A DNA stretch of 32,000 bases, taken from assembly GCF_000284115.1 (NCBI RefSeq), contig NC_017080.1:2280001-2312000 (forward strand), given 5' to 3'. Below are positions 8,792-17,819 of the stretch, in pieces; within the stretch, counting starts at the first letter, position 1, and the number at the start of each line of letters is the position of its first letter. Position numbers and translations under genes: made by a program. Source of the DNA: Phycisphaera mikurensis NBRC 102666. Lineage in GTDB: Bacteria > Planctomycetota > Phycisphaerae > Phycisphaerales > Phycisphaeraceae. Under the pieces are notes generated by a model that did no database searches, was not told where the DNA came from, and saw only the letters and a program-made list of their open reading frames with translations.

Positions 8792-10978
8792 ATGCCGGCC
8801 GTGCCGATGCTCTCCGGCAGGGACCGCCGTGGGATCCCGACGCCCAAGCCCGTTCCGGAATCCGCCGCCTTGCCCTCCGCCTCCGCCGAGCCCGCCGAGC
8901 CGCTCCGCAGGGGTGAAGCCGCCCGCCGCCGCCGCGAGCGCTTCGAGCGAGCGTGGGCGCCGCTGGTGCGGGCGATCGACGCGGCGGGTCTCTACGACGC
9001 CGAGCACCCCACGGTCCGCGACCGCCTCGCCGAGGCCGCCGAGGCCCTGGGTCACGCCCTCGCGACGCTGCCGTGCACGCTGCTTGTCGAGCCCGCTGCG
9101 ATCGTGCCGGTGGCGGGAGGCGAGGCCGGCGTGGCGGCGACGGCCGAAGCGCGGCTGGCGGGGCTGCTGCACGGGCGTGACGCGGCGGCGATCCGGTTCA
9201 CGGCGCTCCCGGGGCCCGGGGACGTCCGCGCTCTCGCGGAGGGCGTGGCGGCGTGGCGGCCGGGCCGGCCGTGGTCCCAGACGCTCGGCCGCGTCGTCGA
9301 AGCCTCCGACGGGCGGGTCTCCGTCGAGCCGATGAACTTCGCCGGGCTCGCCGCGGGGTTCGGTCGCGGCCGAGGCGGACCGGCGGGATGGTCGACGCTC
9401 CTGGATTGCCTGCTCGGCGGCGGCGCGGCCGGCGACGCGGCCGCCGCCGGCGGCGGGTCCGCGGCGGTGCGGGACGCCGCCGAGGCCGTCGCCACCCGGA
9501 TGCGGGCCGATCCACAGGTCGGGGCGGAGCTGCTGCGTCGCCGGCTGGCGGAGGCGGGGGCGACGATGTCCGGGGCCGACGCCGTGGCCGACGCCGCGAC
9601 GGTGCAGCGGATGCAGGACTTCGCGACCGAGCTCGGCAAGCTGCTCGGACCCGACGCGGAGGCGTCGGACGCGGAGGCCGGCACGCCGACGATCCTCCGG
9701 CAGTCGCTGCTGATGTGCACGGCCCTCAGCGGCTTCTCGGCCGAGGACCCTCGAGCCAGCCACGGCGACGGCAGCTGGATCGAGGGCTTCCGCGACCTCT
9801 TCAAGCGGCAGGAGGACCCCGAGCACACGCCGCCGGCGTACATGCGGCGGCTCGAAGCGCTCGCGGCCCGCCAGGATGCCGAGCTGCGGCAGCGGACCCC
9901 GCGTGACGCCGCGGAAGCGGTGGGGGCGGTCGATCCCGCGGCGTTCCGCGCCGCCCACATCGAGTCGCACGCCTGCCGCATGGCGCTCGCGATGCTCGAG
10001 GACCTGCTCGACGGGCGGGCGGAGGGCGAGCAGGCGACCGGGGCGGGCCGGGCGGAGGAGTCGCTGCTCGCGGAGCAGGCCGCGGGCGTCTTCCCGGAGC
10101 TGCTCGCGCAGCGGGACGCCGTGCGGCTTCTGAGGTTGCTCGAGCTCTCGCAGCGGGACGGCGGCGGGAGCCTGCGTGCCGCCGTCGACGCCGGGCTGCG
10201 GAGCGCTACCGCCGGCGCGACCCTCGCCGCTTGGACCGCCGAGGGTGCCGAAGCGGGGCCGGTCCTTCGGCTGGCCCGCGCCGCCGGCCCGGAGACGCTG
10301 GCCGGCTTCATCGCCGCCGTCGCGGCGGAGGCGCCTTCGCCGCAGAGCCGATCCCGCATCGCGTTGCTGCATCGCGAGGAGCTGGAGGCCCTTCGGGTCC
10401 AGTGGCTGGCAAAGCACCCCGCCGGTGCCTGCCGCCTCGCGCAGATGTTGGCGCCGATGCCGGCCGCGGAGGCCGAAGCCCTGCTCGGCCCGGAGCTGGT
10501 GCAACCGGACCCGGCGCGCCGGCTGCGGGGCTTCCGGACGCTGCTGCGGGTGGCCGACGCGGTCGACGAGGCGTTCGTCCTGGGCCTGCTCGATCATCCC
10601 GACGCGGAGGTGATCCGCCTCGGGACCCGCTGGCTCCTCGCCGACGGCTCCACCGGCGGCCGGCGGCTGGGCCTGCTGCTCGGCTGGCTCCGGGCTCGGG
10701 GCCGGCAACGCGGCGAGGCCCACGGGGTGGTGGTCCTCGAGCTCGCCGCCGACGCCTCCGGGCACGGGCTGCTGCACGAGCTGCTGCGTCCCGCCGCCGA
10801 CGCGCCGCGGGCCAACGCCCGCGCGGCGGTGGCCGCCGCGCGCGTGCTGCTGGGGCGGCCGGGCCTGCCGCCGGCGCTCCACGCCGCCGCGGCCGCGGCC
10901 GCCCGCCCCGGCTCGCTCGCCTCCCTGCGGTCCCTGGTGCTCGGCCGCCTCCCGCACCGTCGTCCCTCCGCGGCCTGA
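8792..10978 (+). CDS. Hypothetical large soluble alpha-helical protein (728 aa)
   Basis: Single ORF, codon-consistent, 3 nt upstream of the HD-GYP gene; N-terminus contains YDAEHPTVRDRLAEAAEAL, C-terminal part repetitive-helical (HEAT-like appearance). Confidence 0.75.
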   Translation: MPAVPMLSGRDRRGIPTPKPVPESAALPSASAEPAEPLRRGEAARRRRERFERAWAPLVRAIDAAGLYDAEHPTVRDRLAEAAEALGHALATLPCTLLVEPAAIVPVAGGEAGVAATAEARLAGLLHGRDAAAIRFTALPGPGDVRALAEGVAAWRPGRPWSQTLGRVVEASDGRVSVEPMNFAGLAAGFGRGRGGPAGWSTLLDCLLGGGAAGDAAAAGGGSAAVRDAAEAVATRMRADPQVGAELLRRRLAEAGATMSGADAVADAATVQRMQDFATELGKLLGPDAEASDAEAGTPTILRQSLLMCTALSGFSAEDPRASHGDGSWIEGFRDLFKRQEDPEHTPPAYMRRLEALAARQDAELRQRTPRDAAEAVGAVDPAAFRAAHIESHACRMALAMLEDLLDGRAEGEQATGAGRAEESLLAEQAAGVFPELLAQRDAVRLLRLLELSQRDGGGSLRAAVDAGLRSATAGATLAAWTAEGAEAGPVLRLARAAGPETLAGFIAAVAAEAPSPQSRSRIALLHREELEALRVQWLAKHPAGACRLAQMLAPMPAAEAEALLGPELVQPDPARRLRGFRTLLRVADAVDEAFVLGLLDHPDAEVIRLGTRWLLADGSTGGRRLGLLLGWLRARGRQRGEAHGVVVLELAADASGHGLLHELLRPAADAPRANARAAVAAARVLLGRPGLPPALHAAAAAAARPGSLASLRSLVLGRLPHRRPSAA

Positions 10979-10981
10979 ACC

Positions 10982-12226
10982 ATGACGCAACCCCTCTCAC
11001 CCCGACGCCGCGCCGCCGACGCCCCCGAGAAACCCCGCCCCCTGTCGGCATCGGCCGCGTCGAGCCTCGACGCGGCGATGCGCGAGGTGCAGTCCGCTCT
11101 GGAGGGCCGCGGCTTCTACGGCAGCGAGCACCCGGTGGTCCGCGATGCGCAGGAGCGGGCGTTGCCGCGCCTCCGGGAGGTGCTCGAGGAGGAACCCTCG
11201 GTGATGGTCGCCCGCCTCGGCGACCGCGTGGTGGCGCAGGGGGAGCGGCTCGCCTCCGAAGGGATCCTGCGACGCGGCCTCTTCGCGCGGATGGAGGCGG
11301 CCGGCTTCGAAACGCTCACCTTCGACCGCGGCTTCGGCGGCGCGGAACTCGCGGCGGTCCTCGACGGGCTCCACGCCGGAGAGGCCGCGGCCGGGTCCGA
11401 CGCGTCGGGGGTGCGGCTGGGCCACCTCCTCGGCGGGGGCGCGGAGCGAGCCGAAGCGTCGGAGGCCGAGCCCAAGGCCGCGGGCCCAGCGGCGGCCGAT
11501 CCCGCTGCGCTGATGCGTCCGGTCGGCCGCGCTTTCCAGTCGATCCTGCGGGGTCGCCCGGTGGAGCGCGGGGGGCTGCACCGGCTCGTCGAGCAGCTGG
11601 GGCAGGCGGCGCGGGTGGGCGCCGGCGCGCTGCTGCCGATGCGCGACCTCAAGCGGCACGACGACTACACCTTCGCGCACGCGATCAACGTCGGGATCCT
11701 CGCGTGCGGGCTCGCGGGGGCGGCGGGGCTCGACGAGGGAACGGTCCGCGACGTCACGATCGCGGGGATGCTGCACGACGCGGGGAAGGAACGCGTGCCC
11801 ACGAGCCTGCTCAACAAGCCCGGCCGCCTCACCGGCGAGGAGAAGTCGATCGTCGACGGGCACCCGGTGGCCGGTGCGAAGCTGCTCATGGCCGCGGAGG
11901 GCGTCCCGCGCCTGGCCGCCATCGTCGCTTGGGAGCACCACATGAACGCCGACGGGAGCGGGTACCCCCGCCAGCCCGCCGGGCACCGGCGGCACCCGGC
12001 GAGCCAGATCGTGCAGCTGGCGGACGTCTTCGACGCGCTGCGGACCCGGCGTCCGTACCGCGCCGCGCTGCCGCTTGCGGAGGTACACGCCGTGCTCCTC
12101 GCCGGCCGCGGCGGCCCGTACGATGCGGCCCTCGTCGATCTCTTCCTCCGGGAGGTCGTCGGCGAGACGCTCCCCGCGGCGGCGCCGGCCGCCGAGCCGG
12201 CCGCGGCGCCGCGGCGGGCCGCCTGA
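10982..12226 (+). CDS. HD-GYP-type metal-dependent phosphohydrolase
   Basis: IAGMLHDAGKERVPTSLLNKPGRLTGEEKSIVDGHPVAGAKLL...AWEHHMNADGSGYPRQ...QIVQLADVFDALRTRRPYR: HD, HP, HH and GYP motifs in canonical order. Confidence 0.9.
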   Translation: MTQPLSPRRRAADAPEKPRPLSASAASSLDAAMREVQSALEGRGFYGSEHPVVRDAQERALPRLREVLEEEPSVMVARLGDRVVAQGERLASEGILRRGLFARMEAAGFETLTFDRGFGGAELAAVLDGLHAGEAAAGSDASGVRLGHLLGGGAERAEASEAEPKAAGPAAADPAALMRPVGRAFQSILRGRPVERGGLHRLVEQLGQAARVGAGALLPMRDLKRHDDYTFAHAINVGILACGLAGAAGLDEGTVRDVTIAGMLHDAGKERVPTSLLNKPGRLTGEEKSIVDGHPVAGAKLLMAAEGVPRLAAIVAWEHHMNADGSGYPRQPAGHRRHPASQIVQLADVFDALRTRRPYRAALPLAEVHAVLLAGRGGPYDAALVDLFLREVVGETLPAAAPAAEPAAAPRRAA

Positions 12227-12244
12227 CGCCGCCTCCTCTCCCGC

Positions 12245-13093
12245 GTGAAGCCGACCGAACCCGCGAGCGACGACGACGGCAGCGGGGATCTGCACGCCCT
12301 GCTCGGCGACGTCGCCGCGGGGAGGCTGAGCCCCGCCGCCGCCGCCGCCCGGCTTGGTCGACCGGCTCCGGCCGAGCCCCCCGAGCGGCTCGGCTTCGCC
12401 ACCGTCGACCACGACCGCGGGCGCCGCTGCGGACTCCCCGAGGTGGTCTACGCGGAGCACAAAACCCCCGAGGAGGTGATCGCGATCGTCGACGCGCTGC
12501 GGGAGCGCAGCGGCTACGCGCTGGCCACCCGCGTGAAGGAGGCCGACCGGCCGGCGCTGCGGGCGGCCTGGTCCGGCGTGCCGGTCCAGGAAGCGGCCGG
12601 CGCCGGGGCGTTTCTGGTGGGCTCGCCGCCGCCGTTGGTGGGGCTGCCGCCGGTTCCGGTGGTGGCGGCCGGCACCAGCGACCTGCCGGTGGCGCGGGAG
12701 GCGGAGCTGACGCTCCGCGCGATGGGCCAGTCCGCCCACCGGATCACCGACGTCGGCGTGGCGGGGCTCCACCGGCTGCTCGAGCGGCTCCCGGAGCTGG
12801 CCGCCGGCCGCGTCGTCGTGGTCATCGCCGGGATGGAGGGGGCGTTGCCGAGCGTGGTGGCGGGGCTGCTGCCCGCCCCGGTCGTCGCCGTGCCCACCTC
12901 CGTCGGCTACGGAGCGGCTTTCGGCGGCGTCGCCGCGCTGCTGGGCATGCTCAACAGCTGCGGCAGCGGCGTGACCGTCGTCAACATCGACAACGGCTTC
13001 GGGGCTGCGCTTTCGGCCGGGCGGATCAACGCCCTCGGCGGGCCGGCCGAGCCGGACGCCGCCGCGGCGGTCAGCCCTGCATCTGGCCGATGA
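12245..13093 (+). CDS. larB: Nickel pincer cofactor biosynthesis protein LarB
   Basis: RLGFATVDHDRGRRCGLPEVVYAEHKTPEEVIAI...VVAAGTSDLPVAREAELTLRAMG...ITDVGVAGLHRLL...VVVIAGMEGALPSVVAGL...PTSVGYG...GGVAALLGMLNSCGSGVTVVNIDNGFGAA. Confidence 0.92.
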   Translation: MKPTEPASDDDGSGDLHALLGDVAAGRLSPAAAAARLGRPAPAEPPERLGFATVDHDRGRRCGLPEVVYAEHKTPEEVIAIVDALRERSGYALATRVKEADRPALRAAWSGVPVQEAAGAGAFLVGSPPPLVGLPPVPVVAAGTSDLPVAREAELTLRAMGQSAHRITDVGVAGLHRLLERLPELAAGRVVVVIAGMEGALPSVVAGLLPAPVVAVPTSVGYGAAFGGVAALLGMLNSCGSGVTVVNIDNGFGAALSAGRINALGGPAEPDAAAAVSPASGR

Positions 13094-13748
13094 AGCGGTC
13101 GGCCTCGGCGATGCTCGCCTCCATCTCCTCGATGAGGTCGTCGATCTCGTTGCTGAGGTCGAGTTCCACATCGCGGAGCGACGCGATCGCCTGGGCGTTG
13201 AGCTGGCCCTTCAGGAAGATGACGCGGTTGTGGAACTTCGTGAGGATCGGCGTCATCGAGTCCGCGGCGTTGTTCATCTTCACGAGCACGTCGTCGAGGC
13301 TCCCGCGGGTCCGCTCGAGCAGCTGCTCGCTGGAGCGGGTGAGCTTCGGGTCGTCCTCGATGAGGTCGATGTCGTCGGACCACTCGTCGAAGAGCGCCCG
13401 CGAGACGTTCTCGACCGCCGCGATGCGTTCCCGCACGTCAGCGGCCCGCGCCTCGGCGGAGGTGTAGGCCGCGTTCAGCTCCTTGTAGGTGTCCTCCAGG
13501 TCCCCGCCGTCGAAGCTCGTCAACGCCTTGAAGCGGTCGAGCGCGGACACGAACTGGTCGCGGGCCTCCCCCTGCGCCTCGGAGGCCGCCTGCACGTCGT
13601 CCACCAGGCGCTCGCGCTTGTCGTAGCCGACGTACTCCCAGGCGTTGTAGTACTTCTCCCGGACCGTCTGGCAGCCGGTCGCCGCGACGGCGGCGGTCGC
13701 GAGGATCAAAAACGCGGCGACGGGGAAACGGGGGCGGTGCGGGTTCAT
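13071..13748 (-). CDS. DUF2959-like lipoprotein
   Basis: Signal/lipobox AAVAATGCQTVREKYYNAWEYVGYDKRERLVDDVQAASEAQGEARDQFVSALDRFKALTSFDGGDLEDTYKELN..., coiled-coil body. Confidence 0.82.
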   Translation of the reverse strand: MNPHRPRFPVAAFLILATAAVAATGCQTVREKYYNAWEYVGYDKRERLVDDVQAASEAQGEARDQFVSALDRFKALTSFDGGDLEDTYKELNAAYTSAEARAADVRERIAAVENVSRALFDEWSDDIDLIEDDPKLTRSSEQLLERTRGSLDDVLVKMNNAADSMTPILTKFHNRVIFLKGQLNAQAIASLRDVELDLSNEIDDLIEEMEASIAEADRFIGQMQG

Positions 13749-13863
13749 GGGGCGTGTCTCGCGGAGCGGTTGGAAGCCCGCGAGGGTAACCCGCCGCCGG
13801 GGCGGGGATCCGCGGCGTGGCCCGTCCCCCCGCCGCCGCCGGAACCGCGGGTAGCGTCCCGGG

Positions 13864-14670
13864 GTGAGCTCCCCGCCCGCTCCCCGAACGCTCCCGCTCG
13901 CCGAGCGACTCGGGCTCTACGCCGACGCGGTGCAGCAGCCGCTCGCGGAAATCCGCTTCGTGGAGACGGCCTCGCGCCACCACCGCCGCGGGGGCGGCCG
14001 GGCGGATGAGCCGGCGTGCCTGCTGCGGGAGGACTTCGCGGGCACCTGCGACGTGGCGGCGGCGTGGTGCCGCAGCGCCCCGGAGCGCCAGGCCGTTGCG
14101 GTGGAGATCCACCCGCCCACCCTCGCCTGGGCGAGGCGTCGGCACGCGGACGTGGAAGACCTGCACCTGGTGGAGGCGGACGTGGTCGACTTCCACGGCC
14201 CGCGCGTCGACGCCATCACCGCCACCAACTTCAGCGTGCTCGGCTTCCATCGGCGGCCGGGGCTGTTGCGCTACCTCCGGCACGCGCGGCGGTGCCTGCG
14301 GCCCGGCGGGGTCTTCGTGATGGACCTCTACGGGGGGCCGGGGGCGGAGGCGCCCGGGGAGCAGGCCCGGGAGGCGGGCGGCTTCGGGTACGTCTGGGTC
14401 CAGGAGACGTACGACCCGCGGACCGCGAGGGCGCGGTGCCGCATCCGCTTCACGGTCCGCGGCCGATCGTGCGGCGGCTTCCGCTACGACTGGAGGCTGT
14501 GGCGGCCCGCCGAGCTGCTCGACGCCCTGGCCGAGGCGGGCTTCGCCGAGCCGACGCTCTGGGCCGCCGACGGCCGCGGACGCCACCGCCCCGGCGCGGC
14601 CCTGGCGGCGGGCGAGGACTTCGTGGTCTACCTCACCGGCGGGCGCGACACGGGGGCCGGGGCGTCCTAG
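13864..14670 (+). CDS. SAM-dependent methyltransferase
   Basis: LLREDFAGTCDVAAAWCR...AVEIHPPTLAWARRR...LVEADVVDF...ITATNFSVLGFH...LRPGGVFVMDLYGG; GTG start. Confidence 0.8.
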   Translation: MSSPPAPRTLPLAERLGLYADAVQQPLAEIRFVETASRHHRRGGGRADEPACLLREDFAGTCDVAAAWCRSAPERQAVAVEIHPPTLAWARRRHADVEDLHLVEADVVDFHGPRVDAITATNFSVLGFHRRPGLLRYLRHARRCLRPGGVFVMDLYGGPGAEAPGEQAREAGGFGYVWVQETYDPRTARARCRIRFTVRGRSCGGFRYDWRLWRPAELLDALAEAGFAEPTLWAADGRGRHRPGAALAAGEDFVVYLTGGRDTGAGAS

Positions 14671-15491
14671 CGTCCCAGGAGCCGCCCGAAGAAGCCCGGC
14701 GGCTCGCGGTACACCCGCGGCTCGTAAGGCCGGGCGTCCGCGAAGAGCGCGTCGCCGCGTTCGGCCGACAGCTCGCCCCAGGCCTCGGGCGCGGTGCCGA
14801 GCGAGCGGCCGGTGAGCGTCTCCAGCGAGCCCGCGGCGGCCGCGACGACGGCGTAGTCGGCGTCGACGAGAGCGGCCCGCAGCGCCTCGAAGGCGTCCCG
14901 ACGCGGGTACCTCGCCAGCGCCTCGGCCGCGGCCACGCGGGTGCCCGCGTCCTCGTCGTTGAGGAGCCGGTCCAGCAGCGGAGCCACGGCGGCCTCGCCG
15001 GGCAGGTGCCGCAGCGCCTTGGCGGCCTCCCAGCGGAGGAAGGCGTCGTCGGACCGCAGCTGCTCGGCCACCCGCGCCGCGTCGCCCGCTGCGCCGTGCC
15101 GCGCGAGCGCCGACACGGCGGCGGCACGCACGGAGGCGTCGGGATCCGTGAGCAGCAGGCGGTAGAGCGGCAGCATCGCCGGCCGGTCCCCGTAGCGGGA
15201 GGCCGCCACCTCCCGCAGCGAGGCCTGCCGCCGGTCGGCGTCCGTCCGGTCGAAGGCCCCCCGGATCGCCTCGGCGGGGTCCTCGCCGAGGGAGGCGAGC
15301 AGCTGCGCGAGCAGGGCGGGCTCCGCGGTCCGGGCCTCGGTCCGGTCCCGCGCGGCGGCCGCGGCGGCCGCGTCACGCTTCTCCGCCCCGCCGCCGGCGC
15401 AGCCCGAGCCGAGCACCAGGCACGCCACCAGCGTCCCGATCCCTCGCACCGGGCGGGCGCTGCGTTCGCCGGTGGGTCCGCGGTGCTGCAT
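14667..15491 (-). CDS. HEAT-repeat lipoprotein
   Basis: GTLVACLVLGSGCAGGGAEK lipobox; helical repeats such as DPDASVRAAAVSALARHG, DDAFLRWEAAKALRHLPGEAAVAPLLDRLLNDEDAGTRVAAAEALARY. Confidence 0.82.
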   Translation of the reverse strand: MQHRGPTGERSARPVRGIGTLVACLVLGSGCAGGGAEKRDAAAAAAARDRTEARTAEPALLAQLLASLGEDPAEAIRGAFDRTDADRRQASLREVAASRYGDRPAMLPLYRLLLTDPDASVRAAAVSALARHGAAGDAARVAEQLRSDDAFLRWEAAKALRHLPGEAAVAPLLDRLLNDEDAGTRVAAAEALARYPRRDAFEALRAALVDADYAVVAAAAGSLETLTGRSLGTAPEAWGELSAERGDALFADARPYEPRVYREPPGFFGRLLGR

Positions 15492-15648
15492 CGCGCGGGA
15501 GCCTACCGCTCCGCGGGCCCGGGCCCGGCGTGTCCGGGTCTGCTCCAACGCCGCCCCGCCCTCATGGGATGCTCACGCTCCGGCTTTAGCGTGGCGGCCC
15601 GTCCGGCAGCGAAGCCGGAGACCCCCCACCCGCCACGAGATCTTCCTC

Positions 15649-16641
15649 ATGACGACCTTCCCCCGCTCCCCGCTCACCCGCGTCCTCCCCGGCCTCGCCC
15701 TCGCGGCGGGCCTCTGCGTCCCCGCCGCCGCGCAGACCCGCGGCACGGTGGAGATCGACGGCTCCAGCACCGTCGGCCCGATCACCTCGGCCGTGCAGCG
15801 CGAGTTCCTCAACGAGTACCCCGGCGTGGACGTCACCGTGAACGTCTCGGGCACGGGCGGCGGCTTCAAGCGTTTCACCCGCGGCGAGACCGACATCTCC
15901 AACGCCTCCCGCCCGATCAAGGGCAAGGAGATCAAGAACGCCGAGGCGAACGGGATCGATTTCGTCGAGGTTCCCGTCGCCTACGACGGCCTCTCGATCG
16001 TCGTCAACAAGCAGAACGACTGGGCGACGGAGCTCACCGTCGAGGACCTCCAGAAGATCTTCCTCGCCGAGCACCAGTCCGACGTCAAGAGCTGGAAGGA
16101 CGTCGACGCGTCGTACCCCGACGTGCCGATCTCCATGTACATCCCCGGCACCGACTCGGGCACCTTCGACTACTTCAAGGAGGTCGTCGCGGGCAAGGAG
16201 GGCCAGATCCGCTCCGACGTCTCGCCCTCCGAGGACGACAACCAGCTCGTCCGCGGCATCGAGGGCAACCGCGGCGGCATCGGCTTCTTCGGCTCCAGCT
16301 ACTACTTCGAGAACCAGGACAAGCTCCGCGCCCTGAACATCAAGAACAAGGACGGGGACTTCGTCGGGCCGACGCCCGAGACGATCGAGGACGGGACCTA
16401 CAACCCCTTCTCGCGCCCGCTGTTCATCTACGTGAAGGCCGACTCCATGGACAAGCCCGCCGTGCGGGAGTTCGTGAGCTTCTACCTCGACGTCGCCCCC
16501 GACGTCGCCGAGGCCGTCGGCTACGTCCGCCTGCCGGCCGGCGTGTACGACAACGCCCGGTCCCGCATCGCCAACCGCGTCACCGGTTCGGTGATGTCCG
16601 ACAACCACGAGTCGATCGTGAAGGCGTACACCGCCGAGTGA
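15649..16641 (+). CDS. pstS: Phosphate ABC transporter substrate-binding protein
   Basis: Signal peptide then VEIDGSSTVGPITSAVQREF...SGTGGGFKRFTRGETDISNASRPIK...VPVAYDGLSIVVNKQNDW...PGTDSGTFDYF; followed by pstCAB. Confidence 0.95.
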   Translation: MTTFPRSPLTRVLPGLALAAGLCVPAAAQTRGTVEIDGSSTVGPITSAVQREFLNEYPGVDVTVNVSGTGGGFKRFTRGETDISNASRPIKGKEIKNAEANGIDFVEVPVAYDGLSIVVNKQNDWATELTVEDLQKIFLAEHQSDVKSWKDVDASYPDVPISMYIPGTDSGTFDYFKEVVAGKEGQIRSDVSPSEDDNQLVRGIEGNRGGIGFFGSSYYFENQDKLRALNIKNKDGDFVGPTPETIEDGTYNPFSRPLFIYVKADSMDKPAVREFVSFYLDVAPDVAEAVGYVRLPAGVYDNARSRIANRVTGSVMSDNHESIVKAYTAE

Positions 16642-16661
16642 CCCTCCGGGCACCGCTCTCC

Positions 16662-16691
16662 CCGCGGACCGGCCCACCGGCCGGGCCGCGG
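16662..16691 (+). promoter_or_regulatory. Stem-loop between pstS and pstC
   Basis: CCGCGGACCGGCC-CACC-GGCCGGGCCGCGG: 12 of 13 pairs, 4-nt loop, 20 nt after the pstS stop. Confidence 0.6.
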
Positions 16692-16723
16692 CTTCGCACC
16701 CCGGGCTCCCCGCCGCACCGCCG

Positions 16724-17779
16724 ATGACCACCTTCCCTTCCGGAACCCAGCAGATGCCCGCCGCCTCGCCGCCGACCGGCGAGGACCGCCGGGCACGCTC
16801 CGCGGGCATCCGCAACGCGCGGGAAGGCTTCGTCTTCGCGCTGCTGCTGGGCTGCGGCCTCTTCAGCGTCGGCACGATGCTGATGATCCTGTGGATCCTG
16901 CTCAGCAACACGGTCACCTTCTTCGGCCACCCGATGCAGGACGTCTCCGGGCAGGTGAGCACCGTGACGCCCCGCGAGTTCCTCACCGGCGGCGAGTGGA
17001 ACCCGCTGCTCGGCGCCGAGAAGCACTTTGGGATGTGGCCGCTGGTGGTGGGCACGCTTCAGGTGGCGGTGGTGGCGATGGTGTTCGCGCTGCCGCTGGG
17101 GCTGATGGTCGCGATCTGGCTCAGCGAGTACGCGGCGCCGAAGGTGCGGGCGGTGGTCAAGCCCGTGCTCGAGGTCATCGCCGGCGTGCCGACGGTGGTC
17201 TTCGGCTTCTTCGCGATCACCTTCATCACCCCGACGCTGCGGCTGGCCTGGCTGCCCGGCGGCCGCGACAACGCGTACTACAACTGGTTCGACTTCGGCA
17301 CCTACAACGTGCTCGCCGCGGGCCTCGCCGTGGGCATCATGTGCATCCCGATCGTCACGAGCCTCTCCGAGGACGCCCTGCGGGCCGTGCCCCGGTCGCT
17401 CCGCGAGGGCAGCTACGGGCTGGGCGCCTCGCGCTTCGAGACGTCGGTGAAGGTGGTGCTGCCGGCGGCGCTCTCGGGCGTGATCGCCGCCTTCCTGCTC
17501 GCGGTGGCCCGTGCCGTGGGAGAGACGATGATCGTCGCGCTCGCCGCCGGGTCGCTCCCGCCGAACCTCGCCGACCGCCCCGGCGACGTCTTCGACCTGA
17601 CGCAGGACACGCAGACGATGACCGGCTACATCGTGCAGATCTACCTGGGCGACGTCGCCCACGGCGGCGTCGAGTACCTGTCGGTCTACGCGATCGCCTT
17701 CACCCTCTTCGTGATCACGCTGTTGCTCACGATCGGCGGCGGCATCATCCGCACCCGCTTCCGGCAAGCGTACGAGTGA
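16724..17779 (+). CDS. pstC: Phosphate ABC transporter permease PstC
   Basis: Multi-TM protein with LPLGLMVAIWLSEYA...LEVIAGVPTVVFGFFAITFI...SLSEDALRAVPRSLREGSYGLGASRFETSVKVVLPAALSGVIAAFLLAVARAVGETMIV. Confidence 0.95.
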   Translation: MTTFPSGTQQMPAASPPTGEDRRARSAGIRNAREGFVFALLLGCGLFSVGTMLMILWILLSNTVTFFGHPMQDVSGQVSTVTPREFLTGGEWNPLLGAEKHFGMWPLVVGTLQVAVVAMVFALPLGLMVAIWLSEYAAPKVRAVVKPVLEVIAGVPTVVFGFFAITFITPTLRLAWLPGGRDNAYYNWFDFGTYNVLAAGLAVGIMCIPIVTSLSEDALRAVPRSLREGSYGLGASRFETSVKVVLPAALSGVIAAFLLAVARAVGETMIVALAAGSLPPNLADRPGDVFDLTQDTQTMTGYIVQIYLGDVAHGGVEYLSVYAIAFTLFVITLLLTIGGGIIRTRFRQAYE

Positions 17780-17819
17780 ACCCGCGACCCCGCCGCTTCG
17801 GCTCTTCCGGAAACCCGCC

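Noticed and set aside
10231-13467. 1078-aa ORF on + strand, and similar giant ORFs (8783-10990 -, 10997-13171 -, 1672-3234 - N-terminal part, 27278-29320 -)
   Set aside because: Frame-shadow ORFs of GC-rich genes: extreme Arg/Gly/Pro/Ala composition, no motifs, and they overlap well-supported genes (HD-GYP, larB, pilM-like).
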